Positions 24,546-37,925 of a DNA stretch of 64,000 nucleotides are shown piece by piece. A program made the translations under genes and the position numbers. Position 1 is the first letter of the stretch. Each line of letters begins with the position of its first letter. This DNA comes from Gracilinanus agilis (lineage: Eukaryota). Where the stretch lies: NCBI RefSeq assembly GCF_016433145.1, contig NC_058134.1:184096056-184160055 (forward strand), read 5' to 3'. The notes below the pieces were generated by a model. It had not been told where the DNA came from. It made no database searches and saw only the letters and a list, made by a program, of their open reading frames with translations.

Positions 24546-26589
24546 CTTTCTTGGTTTCTCAGTTGGGGTCTCAAGTGAACTTTCCCCTTCTCATTTCATC
24601 TGAGTCAGTCTAATGAAAAATTAACCAAATGTCCCAATACAGCAATACAAAGATCAGATATGGCATGACCCCTTATGTCATGGAGTTTATAGTCAAATAA
24701 GACCAAAATACTGTTGGAGATTTTTGTGTTCAACTAATTTATAAATATGGATGTGTATTGTCATCCTGGAAAATAGAATTAACAGGAAAAACTGTGGTGT
24801 TATAAATCATTTATAATGCTTTCCTTTATAAAAAATTTCCATGTGTGCTTTTCCTCCTCCATTTAAGAAATGATTTTTAGCCAATTAATTTTGTTTCATG
24901 TTTAGAAAGTTGTCTTCCATTTGGTTGCTCTCTTGCTGAAAGATCTGATTAGGATAATTGTTTCTCACTTGTGGTACTTGCAAGATCAACAAATTGAGGG
25001 GAACACTGCTTTTTTTTAAAGGAAAACTTTCAAAACAATTTTAAAGTCTTTTAAAACCTGAATTCCTGACCAAAAGAAAATTTACTCTTTCATGTCTGTT
25101 GCCATGCAGATTTACAAAAATGGTCTCCAATTCTTGTATAGTCTATAGAGTTTGAAGCTTTGAATACTGAATTGTAAAAGCTAATAAGAAAATAATCAAG
25201 TTTTCTGAATCTCTCAGATCAGTCAGCATTGTATGAACTCAGAGTTACATATTTTTCTTTGGTTTCAAATTGAATCTTTTGCTTTTCTTTGCTTATAATT
25301 ATCATGGAATTTTAGGGGATGCCGAAATATGAAATAAGGATGTAAGATACATGAAGAACTACTAGAATGATCCTGTTTTCTCTTTCAAAAGTGCAGAAAT
25401 ATTCATTTTAATCATTTTCTTTCAAGATTTTGGAGCAAAGAATATAATATTTGGGGGATTTATCAACACAAACCTTCATTGTTTGATTTTTAGTCTACAA
25501 TCAAAATGTCCATAGCCCACAGCAAAGCCCTGAACAAATAAATATTTAGGTTTTCAAACTTCCCAATAGGGGCATAAGGGCAGCGTTTTCTGCCTTTTAA
25601 TTTTCTCTTGATATTTTCTACTTTCCTAGACTGGCTTTTCCCAAGGATTTTAAAGAGCAGATAATTCTATCAACCCCCCAGTGAATAATTCCACCATTGT
25701 TGATTTCTGCCTGTTAGTCTTTTGCACATTCACACTTTGTACATTTTGCTTCTATTGAAGAACATCTGAGGTGATTCTGTGGTTAAAAAAGATCTCAAAG
25801 AGATGGAAGATGGATTTAATGTTTCCATTTATAGAAAATGCTGTAAATAGAATGGCAGCTGTACTCACAGCAGATAGAGTACATATGCTGAAAAGACAGA
25901 TAAAAGATCACACTGACTTTACCCTTGTTAACACTAGCAATTTAACCATCGATTAAGTGATCTAGATTCTAACATCAAAAAAGATACTATGCACATGTCC
26001 ATGATATGTTCCCATGCTTTGAAGATGACTTATTGAAGGAGTTAAATTGGATTTTGGTTATTTCCAGTATTAAACAGACATGTAAGGTTTCATTTATCTT
26101 CCTGTTTCTACCCTAGACTATAAACTGTATTTACTACTTTTACATTTTCTTTTAAGTATTAGTTTAAACTCCGTGCTTGTTTCTCTTTCAATTAAGAACA
26201 GCATTTTCTCTTTCACTTATGCCTTTCATGTGAATGTTAAACTAGATGCCTGGTTACTCAGGTATGATAAGAATACCAGCTCTAGTATCAATTATCTCTG
26301 TCGTGTTTGGTCTAATTACTCAAGAATGCTGGTCCTAGGTTATCTCATCTATAAAAGAAGGGTAGTTATGCGAAATATTCTCATTTCCCATCAATCTCAC
26401 ATTTCATGACTAATAGAGTTTTGGGATCCAGAGGTAGATATCTAATGATAATAATATTGCCTATATAGAACTTTAATGCTTGCAGTTTCCTAGGACAGTT
26501 GCATTCAATCCTGCAAATATTCCTTAGCCCTGATTTGAAGTAATATACCATGTTCTCTGTATTCAAATATTTAAAATGACATAACTGTA

Positions 26590-26770
26590 ATATCACATGT
26601 ATAGCACAAAAAGGGACCACAGAGGTCAAATAGTACAACTTTCCATTTTTACAGATGAGGAAATTAATGGCCAGGGACTTTAATAACTTTCTTAAGATCA
26701 CAAAAGATGAGTGTCAGAGGTAGGTTTTGAACCCAGATCCTCTGATTCCTGACTTGGTGGTTTTTTCCCT
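26590..26770 (-). mobile_element. MIR-family SINE
   Basis: cattttacagatgaggaaatt...gtgtcagaggtaggttttgaacccagatcctctgattcc. Confidence 0.75.
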
Positions 26771-26849
26771 GACCAGGCACTGCCCTCAACAAGTTTATAC
26801 CCTATTATGACTGTAGAATAGGGAATGTATGTAAGTATGATATGTACTT

Positions 26850-28600
26850 TTTTTTTTTTTAGTTTTCTCTTTTATTACTATGAACTTGGTAAGAACTAAC
26901 AAACATGAGCATTTCCACATTCAAAGAATAGAAAAAAAAGATGATCCCCAGGAAATTGTGAATCTCCATTACATACAGCTTTTAAAGCATTTCTCACTTA
27001 ACATGGTAGTTCCAACACTGCTTTGCTCAACTGAATCCCATGCTATATTTTCTCTGCTCCCTTGTTTGTATTTTTAAATGATTCATCAACGTTGTTTTCT
27101 TTTTCTTTTTTTGATATGTTTATCATTAGTCCCACTTCTTTTCAAAACCCTCCTTTTCAACAAGACTTTAATAAAATTAAAAAAAATTCCCTCCCTCTCA
27201 CTCCTCTCTCCCTAAGAAGGTAGACTTATACATGGGTTGTATATATATTATCATATTATACATATTTCCCTGTCTATCATGTTGCAAAACAAGACACATG
27301 TTGCTTACATTAGAGAAAAATTTTGGGGAGGAAATAAAGTGAAGAATGATATATTTCAATTTGCATTTGGACTCTGTCTACTTCTATGGAGGTTAATATT
27401 CTTTTTCATTATGAGTCCCTTGGAGTTATCCTGGATCCTTGCCTTGTTGATAATAGTTAAGTCATTCACAGCTGATTATTAAACATTATTGTTATTGAGT
27501 ACATTCTTCTGGTTCTTTTCCCTTTACTTTGCATCATTTCACATAAGTCCATTTTTTTTTGCAATCATCTTGTCTGTCATTTCTAATGACACAATAGTAT
27601 TCCATTACAATCATATACCAAAACTTGTCCATCCATTCCACAATTGATGGGCATCCTTTCGGTTTCCAGAATTTTGCTACAATAGCTGCTATATTTTAGA
27701 ACATATAGTTTCTTTTCCCTTTTCCTTGATCACCTTAGAAAATAAATCTAATAGTGATATTGGTGGTTCAAAAGATATATCCAGTTTTATAACTCTGAGT
27801 ATAATTCCAGATTGCTCTTCAAAATAGCTGGATCAGTTTGCAGTTCCAACAACAGTATATTAGTATCTCAATTTTTCTACTTCCCCTCGAACATTTGTTA
27901 TTTTAGTTTTTTATAATTCTAGCCAATTTAATAAGCATGGTACCTCAGAATTTTTTGATTTGCTTTTCTCTACTCAATAATGATTTAGAGCATTTTAAAA
28001 ATAGTTATGTGTAGCTATGATTTCTTCATTTGAAAAAGCGTTTATTCATATGTTTTCACAATTTATCAATTGGGGAATGGCTCATATTCCTAGGTATTTG
28101 ACAAAATTGCACATATATTTTAGATATGAGTCCCCCATTAGAGAAATTATATATATATATATATGNATTGGTGGTTCAAAAGATATATCCAGTTTTATAA
28201 CTCTGAGTATAATTCCAGATTGCTCTTCAAAATAGCTGGATCAGTTTGCAGTTCCAACAACAGTATATTAGTATCTCAATTTTTCTACTTCCCCTCGAAC
28301 ATTTGTTATTTTAGTTTTTTATAATTCTAGCCAATTTAATAAGCATGGTACCTCAGAATTTTTTGATTTGCTTTTCTCTACTCAATAATGATTTAGAGCA
28401 TTTTAAAAATAGTTATGTGTAGCTTTGATTTCTTCCTTTGAAAAAGCGTTTATTCATATGTTTTCACAATTTATCAATTGGGGAATGGCTCATATTCCTA
28501 GGTATTTGACAAAATTGCACATATATTTTAGATATGAGTCCCCCATTAGAGAAATTATATATATATATGTATATATATATCCTCCTTTCCCCAAATTATT
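26850..28600 (-). mobile_element. Marsupial L1 3' region (includes the ~405-bp duplicated segment)
   Basis: T-rich tail, then caatagtattccattacaatcatatacc...caattgatgggcatcc...ttccaacaacagtatattagt (antisense ORF2 end). Confidence 0.85.
27759..28569. repeat. Direct tandem duplication 27759-28165 / 28167-28569 separated by one N; probable unmerged contig overlap
   Basis: Copies identical except two substitutions and two TA units; junction is exactly the N at 28166. Confidence 0.9.
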
Positions 28601-29334
28601 CTTTTCCTTTGAATCTTTGCGACATTAGTTTTATTTTTATGATGTAGTTTTGGTGGAAGAAAAATGGAAATCTAGACAGGAAAATCAGAGAAAGGTAGGT
28701 ATCATTTGGAGGAATGAAGTGAAGGGAGGAAATTACTTCAGATGGTCACCTATTCTCTGTAATTTTCACCTAGGCATTCCTTAGGTTTCCTAATAAACTT
28801 TATTATTAATTATAAGAGGGAAGCACTGTTATATGGCTAAAACAAAAAAGAAGGGATTTTAAAAGTTAAAATGAAACCATTTTTAAACCACACTGTCAAC
28901 TTCTTCAGTAGGCAGTTGCTTGTAAGCAACTCGTTTTTTTCTCTAAAGCCGTTCTAGGAATAACCTACCCAGAATAATGAGAGAATACTGGAAATGACTA
29001 TTGAGGTACTATCAATTTTTTACCAAAGAAAACAGAGGACTAAAGTTTGAGTCATTTAATAAAATAGCTCAAGTTTCCAAACTGAACCTTTTATAATGAA
29101 TTCTAATATTTCGAAAGCTTGTTTACAAATTTTCCTCTGAAATAGTTGTGAATGTGTATTTTTTGCCTGTTTACAAGATGGGAAAACTGATATATGAAGG
29201 TTGAAACTTGTTCAGCGTCAGATAAACTTTTTTCACCTAATTTTCTCACAGAAAAGTATGGTCTCTTCTAAAGGAAAAAGACAACTTTTGAAGAGTGAAT
29301 TGTATTGATTAGAGTTTTTAAATTTTTCAAAGTT

Positions 29335-31230
29335 ATTTGTCTTTATGTTATTGCATAGATGATTCTTCTGCCTTTGCTCATTTTACTCCACATAATTTCA
29401 TCCAAGATTTCTTAGGTTTCTCTTTTCATCTTTTCTTACAGCAAAATATTTATTACATTTATTTACTATAATTTATTCAGTCATTTCCCAAATGGAAGAC
29501 ATATTCTTTGTTTAGTGTATTACTGTCCTAATTTTTCCACATCCCTTCAACATTATAATTTTCCTTTTTAATCACATTAGCCAGTCTGATAGATGGAAAG
29601 TGGTGACTCAGATTTGTTTTAATCTGAATTTAATTAATAATGATTTGAACTATTTTTAAAGTCTATTTATTTAATTAATTTTGAATCTTTTCCCATGGTT
29701 ACATGAATCATGTTCTTTCCCTCCTCTCCTCCCATACCCAACAAGCAATTCCACTGGGTTTTACATGTTTCATTGATCGAGACCTATTTCTATATTATTA
29801 ATATTTGCACTGGGGTGATCGTTTGGAGTCTACATCCCCAATCATATCCCCATCAGACCATGTGATCAAGCAGTTGTTTTTCTTCTGTGGTTCTACTCCC
29901 ACAGTTCTTTCTCTGGACGTGGATAGTGTTCTTTCTCATAAGTCCCTCAGAATTGTCCTGGATCATTGCATTGCTGCTAGTAGAGATGTCTATATATATT
30001 CGATTGTGCTACAGTGTATGTGTCTCTGTGTATAATGTTCTCCTGGTTCTGCTCCTTTCCCTCTGCATCAATTCCTGGAGGTCATTCTTGAAACATTTTT
30101 ATATGACTAAAGATAGCACTCAGATAAATAAATTAAAACTCTTAATATCCTTTGACCATTTATCAATTGGGAAATGATTGTGTTCTTATAAGTTTACTCA
30201 GTTCTCTATGTATTTGAGAAGTGAAGCCTTTTTCAGAGACACTTGCTATAAATTCCTACTCCCCAAAATTTTGTTTCCCTTGTAATTGTAGTTCTATTGG
30301 TTTTGTTTGTGCAAAAACTTTTAAAGTTTAATGTAATCAAAATTTTCCATTTTCCATTTTATAATGTTCTCTCTGTCTTATTTGGTCATACTTGCTTCCC
30401 TTATCCATGGTTCTAATGGATAAATTATTTTGTGCTGCCCTAATTTGCCTGTGATATCCTCCTTTATTTTTAAATTATTTGTCCATTTTGACTTTATCTT
30501 GGTATATGGCTTGAGATTTTGGTCTATTTCTAGTTTCTGCCACACCGTTTTCAATTTTTCCCACCAGCATTTTTTTAATTGAATAATGAGTTCTTCTTCT
30601 AAAAGTTTGGATCTTTTGAGTTTGAAACATAAATCTTTACTACTGTATGTTGAGGGACTAATCTATTCCACTGATCCATTTCACTGTTTCTTAGCTAGTA
30701 CCAGATTGTTTTGATATTTGCCACTTCATAATAATGTCTGAGACCTGGAACAACTAAGCCATTTTCCTTCATTTTTTTCATTATTTCCTTTGACATTTTT
30801 GGCCTTTTATTCTGCCAGATTAATTTCATTATTTCTAGCTGTATGAAATAATTTTTGGGTAGTTTGAGTGGTATGAAACTAAAGAGGTAAATTAATTTAG
30901 ATAGAATTGTCATTTTCATTATAATGGTTCAGACTACCCATGAGTAATTGCTGTATTCCCCCCCCCCCCCCCGATTTTTTAGATCTGATTTTATTCATAT
31001 GAAGAATATTTTGTAAATGTATTCATATAGGTCCTGGGTTTGTCTTGGCAAGTAGACTCTTAGGTATTTTATTTTGTCTGCAATTATTTAAATGAGATTT
31101 CTCTTTATATCTCTTCACGCTGGACTTTTTTTATAGCAAATAGAAATACTAATACTTTATGTGAATATATTTTATATCCTGCACCTTTGCTAAAGTTGTT
31201 AAATGTTTCAATTAGTTTTTGGTGAAATAG
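29335..31230 (-). mobile_element. L1 ORF2 remnant with a younger L1_Mdo-type 3' end nested at about 29655-30085
   Basis: ORF 30695-30919 MKMTILSKLIYLFSFIPLKLPK..F..LE...LIWQNKRP...GL.VPGLRHYY..NIKTIWY is L1 ORF2; nested piece resembles 6250-6905. Confidence 0.9.
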
Positions 31231-31489
31231 TTTACTAAAGAGTACCTTGGTGAGCCAAAATTCAAGCAACTTTCAGGTAAACTATGTCTCTAACTTCCTA
31301 CTAATAAATGAGTTTTATAGTAGGAGAGTGTATTTCAGTATTCCCTGGTTTTAGAAATATTATCTATCTGGGAAGTAAGAATATTTGCAATAGAAAACAA
31401 TGTCAAAATAGAATTCTTAAGTCAAGAGTTTGAAGGCTTACAGAATCTGTACTCTACACCCCAAATTATTCATCTGTATATCCTGTAAT

Positions 31490-33375
31490 AATCCAACAAC
31501 CATGCTTGAGTTTAGTTAGGCCAGTCATTTTCAGTGTTTCCAATCTGCTCCACAATGACTTTTCCAAAAAATTTTCATCCATCCGTTCTCAAAACTTCCA
31601 TGATTCCTTCCTTCAGTGTGTCAGCTGAGAACCTTGTTATATATTTTACAGAAAATAATTGAAGTCATTCTCCATAAGTTCCCTTTTCTCCCTTCTTCCT
31701 TCTGCCACTATCTCTTCCTTATCTTGTCTTACAAAGTGAAGTAGCCTTACTCCCTACTAATGGTAATCCCTTAACTTGTTCAAGTGATCCCATTCCATAT
31801 CCTCTAGCAGATTGCCCTCTCTGTAACTCTCACTCTTTCACTCATTTTAAGTCTTTCTCTAGTGATTCATTTCTTACTGCCTTCAAATATGTCCATATGG
31901 CTCTTATTCTGAAACCCCCTCCCCAACTCATTTGATCCTTTTATCCTTTTTAATTATTGTCATATCTCTTTTGTCTTCTATAACTGAAATCCTGGAAAAG
32001 TCCATCTTCAATAGATCCCTCCACTTTTTCTCCTCTTATTCTCTTCTTAACCCTGACAATTTGTCCTTTTGATCTTATCATTACATTGAAATTCCACTCT
32101 CTAAAGTCACTAATGATCTTTTAGTTGCCAAATCCAGTCTTCATTCTCCTTACCTTCTCTGAAGTTTTTGACACTGCCAATCACTCTCTCTTCCTTGATG
32201 TAGTCTTCTTTCTAGGCTTTCAGGACACCACTCTCTCCTGGCTTTTCCTGCTACCTATCTAACTTTTTTTTCCTTCTCTGTCTCTTTTGTTAGATCCTTT
32301 TCCAGATTATGCCATCTAACCAAATATGTCCTTCATGGTTCTGTCCTGGGCCCTTTATACTAATTTTCTTGGTGAACTCAGCAGCTCTCATGGATTTTTA
32401 TTGCCATCTCTAAGCTGATGATTCTCCAATCTAGCTTTCTTGTTCCAGTCTCTCTACTGATCTCCAGTCTTGCATCTCTAACTACCTTTCAGAAATCTCA
32501 AACTGAATATTGAACAGATATCTTAAATTCAATAAGTATAAAACAGAATTCATTATCTTTCCCCCTAAAGCCTACCTGATTCTTACCTTCTTTATCACTG
32601 TTAGAAGGCAACATTGTTCTCTCAGTCTCTTAGACTCACAACCTAGAATCATCCTGGATTCCTCACTATTTCTCATCCCCTATATCCAACCTGTTGCCAA
32701 AGGCCTGCCCATTTCACCTTTCCAACATTTCTTAAATATACTCCTTTCTGTTCTCTGACACTGCCAGCACTCTAGTGCAGGCTCTTTTCACAACATACCT
32801 TCATGATTCCAATAGCTCGCTGGTGGGTCTGCTTGCCCCAAATCTGTCCCTTTTTCAATCCTTCCTCAATTTAGCCTCTGCATCTAGCTAAGATGCAGGC
32901 CTGATTGAATCACAGGCCCTTACTACAACCCAATAAACTCCAGTTTCATCCTATTGTCTCCAGGGATGAATAATACAATGTTCTTATTGGTATCCAGAGC
33001 TATTCATAACCTGTTTCCCTTCTACCTTTCAATTTTCCTCATACTTTGCTCCCCATCATGTACACTTAGATTCAGTAACATTGGCCTCCTGGCCATTCCC
33101 TGAATAAGAAACTCCATTGCTCAACTATGGGAATTTTCTCTGATTGTCACCCATTCCTGGAACACTTTCCCTCTTTGATTTTTGACTCTCAACTGCTCTG
33201 TCTTCCTTTAAGCTCCAACTAAAATCTGCCATCTCTTGGAAATCTCCCCCAAAACTTCATAATTCTTGGATCTTCCTTCTGTTAAGTATGTCCTATTTAT
33301 CTTGTATCATTATCTTACTTTTTCTATATTTGTTTTCATATTGTCTCCATTAGATTGCAAGCTCTGTGAGGGTAG
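31490..33375 (+). mobile_element. L2 LINE, long 3' portion; terminal piece resumes at 34341-34430
   Basis: RT-region and 3' motifs (ctaagctgatgattctccaatct; ctccattagattgcaagctctgtgagggtag|agactatctttc...tttgtatccccatcacttaacaaagtgtctgacacataat). Confidence 0.9.
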
Positions 33376-33398
33376 TGTAATATTAAAATTCTTTGGAG

Positions 33399-33570
33399 GC
33401 CTAGAGACAGGAGGTCCTAGGTTCAAACCCGGCCTCAGCCACTTCCCAGCTGTGTGACCCTGGGCAAGTCACTTGACCCCCATTGCCCACCCTTACCACT
33501 CTTCCACCTATGAGACAATACACCGAAGTACAAGGGTTAAAAAACAAACAAACAAAAAAAAATTCTCAAA
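33399..33570 (+). mobile_element. SINE1_Mdo, 5'-truncated young copy with 14-bp TSD
   Basis: TSD aaaattctttggag at 33385-33398 and 33571-33584; near-identical to the 15278 copy. Confidence 0.96.
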
Positions 33571-34030
33571 AAAATTCTTTGGAGACTATATCTTAATTTA
33601 TAATTATTTATTAAATAAATTAAAAGAGTGAGTCAGAGAAAGAAAAGCCCTTTTAATGCCTGTGGCTGGCTGTTTTCTTTCTAAATCTCCACCAAGTTCT
33701 GGAGCTGACCCCCAAAATCACTTCTTGCTGTGAATTCCTAGCCAAAAAGAGACTTCCCAAGTCCCGTGGAAGGTATTCGTGCCATCACTTTTCTGAATCC
33801 CTCTGATTTGGCAGACTGACCTCAGTCCAGATCAGAGGCAGGTCTTCCAGACACCAGAAGTCATGTAGGAGAAGAAGCAAGCACCATCCAGGTGCCAGGG
33901 AGCCAGGAAGCCTGATGTGTCTCTCCTATCTTAAGTAGTTTGTAGATAGATAAGCACTCTGCCTTTGTTCTTAATTCAATCAAGGGGTGAGGTTGAATTG
34001 CAACCTAATTCTGGCAGAGTATTGGCTATA

Positions 34031-34231
34031 TTTTTTTTTAAACCCTTACCTTCTGTCTTAGAGTCAATACTGTGTATTGGTTCCAAGGCAGAAGAGTGGT
34101 AAGGGTAGGCAATGGGGGTCAAGTGACTTGCCCAGGGTCACACAGCTGGGAAGTGTCTGAGGCCGGGTTTGAACCTAGGACCTCCTGTCTCTAGGCCTGG
34201 CTCTCAATCCACTGAGCTACCCAGCTGCCCC
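34031..34231 (-). mobile_element. SINE1_Mdo, full-length long-tail variant
   Basis: Complete reverse copy ending ccagctgcccc; imperfect TSD agtattggctatatttt / agtatgggctattttt. Confidence 0.96.
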
Positions 34232-35103
34232 CAGTATGGGCTATTTTTAAACTCTATATGAAACTTTCTACTTTAAAACTTTTAAGTCAATCTGAGGGTA
34301 CCAAGAATAAAAGGGTACAGGTTAGTGTTAAGTTTTCACAGTAGAGACTATCTTTCAACTCTTTTTGTATCCCCATCACTTAACAAAGTGTCTGACACAT
34401 AATGATGCTTAAAATATTTAGTGGCTGAATGATTGCACATCATTCTCATACACAAATCTCAAGCGGAGATGTCATAGGCCATTTGTTGATTTTTCCAAGG
34501 CTTATATCAATCAGCCAACAAACAAAACATTTATGGCTAACCTCTGTAGATACAATGAAAAGAGGGTTACAAATGTAATATCCCTTTTAGACAATAGTGG
34601 GCTCTGCATTGCAAGGAAAAGTACCAAGTTAAAGTATTACTTCCTTTTAGAATTCCATTCAGAAGTACAAAAAAAATCAGTCAGTTATATATGGAATCTC
34701 TCTTCAAGCATCTTATTCTGGAAGGGTAAAACATAATTTTTGTGATTTGACCATGTATTTCATTGTGAGACGCTTTCATATGGAAATTTGACTTGACAGA
34801 ACTTTTAAAATACCATTATGTTGTGTTAGTGGTTGAGAAAACTAAATTGATGTATAATGAGAAAAAACTGTTGCTTTTCTCCAATTTAATTATGTCATAC
34901 CACATTCTTGGAGAAGAATATGCATGTTCTATGGGTCAATAAATTAAACTTAGGTTGATTTCCTGAATGATATGTAGTCAGCCAAGCTCTATTAATCCTA
35001 GAAACTAATCTATAGCACTTATAAAGTTCTTCCTTCTTATAATGAAGTTCAACTATTATTTTCAATTTATATTAATTATAATATAATTTTGATGTAATAG
35101 TAT

Positions 35104-35695
35104 TGTTGTGGGGGGCTTGAGGTGAACCCCCGGAGTTCGGGAAGGGTACCTTTTATAAGGATGCAAGATGCCGAAACTTAGCTTAAAAATAAAAAGAGAA
35201 ACTTATTAATTTAGAAGGTAATGTTGAATCTGGTCAGGAGGACAGCACAGGTGGAAGTCTGCCTCCTTGGTGGAACAGGATAGATGGAAAGCTGTTCCCA
35301 GATGACATCAATTCTGGTGACTCTTTACAACAGTGAAGACCTGACTGCCATGGTGAAGATGTGACTCTAGAGTGGTATGCACTGAGGCATGGTGGGGGGA
35401 AGTTTGCCTGAAGACATAAGGGGTGACCCTCATAGTGTAGAGGACAGATGGATGTCTGAGATACAACTTGATGATATCAAGGAGGTGTATCTCTCTGTCC
35501 ATCTCAAATCTAAAAGACAATTCAAGGAGGATAATCTTCTCAGGGTCTTATAGGAGTTATCAGATGTTTTGGGTTAGGAGTCACAAGAATGTAAGGGAGC
35601 AAAGGATTCCCTTGCTTACAGTTTGCCTGAAACACTTCTATAGTTTTGGGTGTACAGTGCTCATTCCAGTATTAATCTGTACCCTGTTATAAACA
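35104..35695. mobile_element. Solo LTR, 592 bp
   Basis: TG...CA ends, 5-bp flanks agtat / agtac, GC content clearly above flanks. Confidence 0.8.
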
Positions 35696-37649
35696 AGTAC
35701 TATCCCTACCTTCCCCATTGTGTTCCCACTTTCCCCTTGCTGATATATTTTGTTTTTCACTTTCAACTGTTAATCTGGTAACTGACCATTTATTATGCCT
35801 ATTGTCTTGTGATCAATACTGTAAAACCTATGGCAGACAGGCAGTTTCTCCAGTTTGTCAGTTGGGTCTTTTTATTTTAATTTTTTAAAGTTTTTTGGTA
35901 TTTTAACATGGTCTGGAGACAAAAAAAAAAACTAGGAAAGGAAAATTAAGAATGACAAAAAAAAAAAATCTAGCGTCTATAACAGATTTTGCTAACACTT
36001 TTGCCTCAAGACCAAAATTCATCATTAAGGAATATTTTGGAAAGAGTAAAAAATGAGAGAGGGCATGGGAGAAAAACAAAGGGAATGATATAGGGTTGAA
36101 AAGAGTACAGATTTTGAGTATATTTGTTTGTGATGAATTTGCTTTTTGGGGAAGGACACCAGCCCCCAAGCAACTGGTTGCTTTTGCTTGTTCTTATAAC
36201 AGACTGAGGGAGGAAGATCTTGTTTAAACACTAATGCATTCCATAAAAACTAACAATTATGAAACATTTTTTTAAGAAAGAAAATTACATTAAAGATGAA
36301 TGAGAGTATATTGAAATAATTATGTTTTAAGGTGTGTAACATTAAAAGATATTGAATGGAATATCGACTGTTTTGTAGAAATAACAATAATGAGATTCCT
36401 GTCACCTAATCTTACAATAATTGGGTTATTACTATGCAAATGAAGGTATTACTTAAAAAAAAAAGTAAGGAAGCAAGACAGATCCTTGAGGCAGTCCTTT
36501 CTCTCTCCTTAAAGCTATGCTGTCAATTCTTTTTAGGATGAATATTCTTTTATAAATAATTTGGAGATGTTCCTTTCGTTATTTTTCACTAAATTCCATT
36601 ACTGTATTTTTTAGCTGCCACAGGTAGCAGATCATTGGTTTGTGATTTTATGTGTTTTTGGTCTCATGTGGAACCCAGAGGAATAATTAAACCAAATAAT
36701 TACAGCTTACCTTCTTCCTCTAAAAAAGAAACAGAATATGTTTCCTGCCAAAGATATAACCTAGTGTCCTTATCTCCACTCTCCATGCATTCATATCATT
36801 GTTGTGCACTAACATGCTATCCCAATGTGTCTCAATAGCAAGCAGGGTCATTTTGGGTTGAGAACCTCTTAGGGACACCTTTTGCCTTAAAAAGTAATTC
36901 AGGTGGCCCTTCCTAGTCATTTTAAAATCAATACCCCTTAGAGGAACCAGACATTATCTTCATTGCTTATATTCATTTTATGCCTTATGGCATCAATTAA
37001 ATAAATATGAATGTTTGGGGAAAATTCCATCCTGGTTCTTGACCCAAGGCAGTGCCTGTTAGTGTAACAAAGTGATATTTTGAACTGGTGCCTTATGGGG
37101 CTTGCATCAAAAAGGTTAAATTGTATTTCCTAGGTATATTAAATTTTCTCTTTATGGTGATTGATATTTACAAATAATTTCTTTCAAGAATCCTACAAAA
37201 TTCTACTTTTAAAAGAACCTCTTTGCCAATATATAGTAGAACTATGAAAAAAAGTGACTCAAACTGAGTTGTAAAATTTGGCAAATGTAGTATTTTAACT
37301 AAGATTTTAGGTTATAACAGATAAGGAATATATATGAGGCAATATAGAGTAATAGATAGGAAACAGTTCTTGAAACTAAGGAGATATTAATTCGAATCCA
37401 ACCTGTGGTGCAGAACTGATTTTTAGACCCAGAGTAAATCAGACATCTTTTTAAGAAGATAAGTTGAAGGAAAGATACTGGCATCTATTGATAAGGGGAG
37501 TTTCCACATCTGGGAGTTCTGTATACCAAAGAATTCATGGGTCAAACTCTGATCCCTAATACATAAGGTTGGATAATTAATTGCACTTAACTTAATATTA
37601 CTGTTTATTAATTAATTATCTATGCAGAGCTCCATATGTGCAAAGACTT

Positions 37650-37925
37650 ATAGAGGAAGAGAATGTGGCAAGCATTTATTATATACCTCTAATGTACCAG
37701 GCACTAGATTAATAATTACTTTCCTAATACTGTCTCATTTGAGCTTTACAACAAACCTATGAGCTAGGTCCTCTTATAATGCCTTATGTTATTAGTTGTG
37801 GAAACTGATACAGAAGTTGTGACTTGCCCAGGGTCACACATCTATGAAGTATCTAAAAGGATCTGGATTCAGGTTTTTTTGACTCCAGGTAGTGCTGTCC
37901 ATGTTGTATTTTATAGCTGCCTACA
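37650..37925 (-). mobile_element. MIR/MAR-type SINE
   Basis: agcatttattatatacctctaatgtaccaggcac...gtgacttgcccagggtcacac...ggattcagg..tgactccagg. Confidence 0.75.

Larger units (their letters stand above)
33376..34340 (-). mobile_element. Solo LTR inserted in L2, itself carrying two SINE1 insertions
   Basis: TG (33376)...CA (34340) ends, 4-bp TSD gtag (33372-33375, 34341-34344); removal rejoins the L2 3' end; AATAAA on - strand (tttatt near 33607) suggests orientation. Confidence 0.85.

Noticed and set aside
30958-30972. C15 homopolymer
   Set aside because: Isolated run inside an L1 remnant with no associated structure
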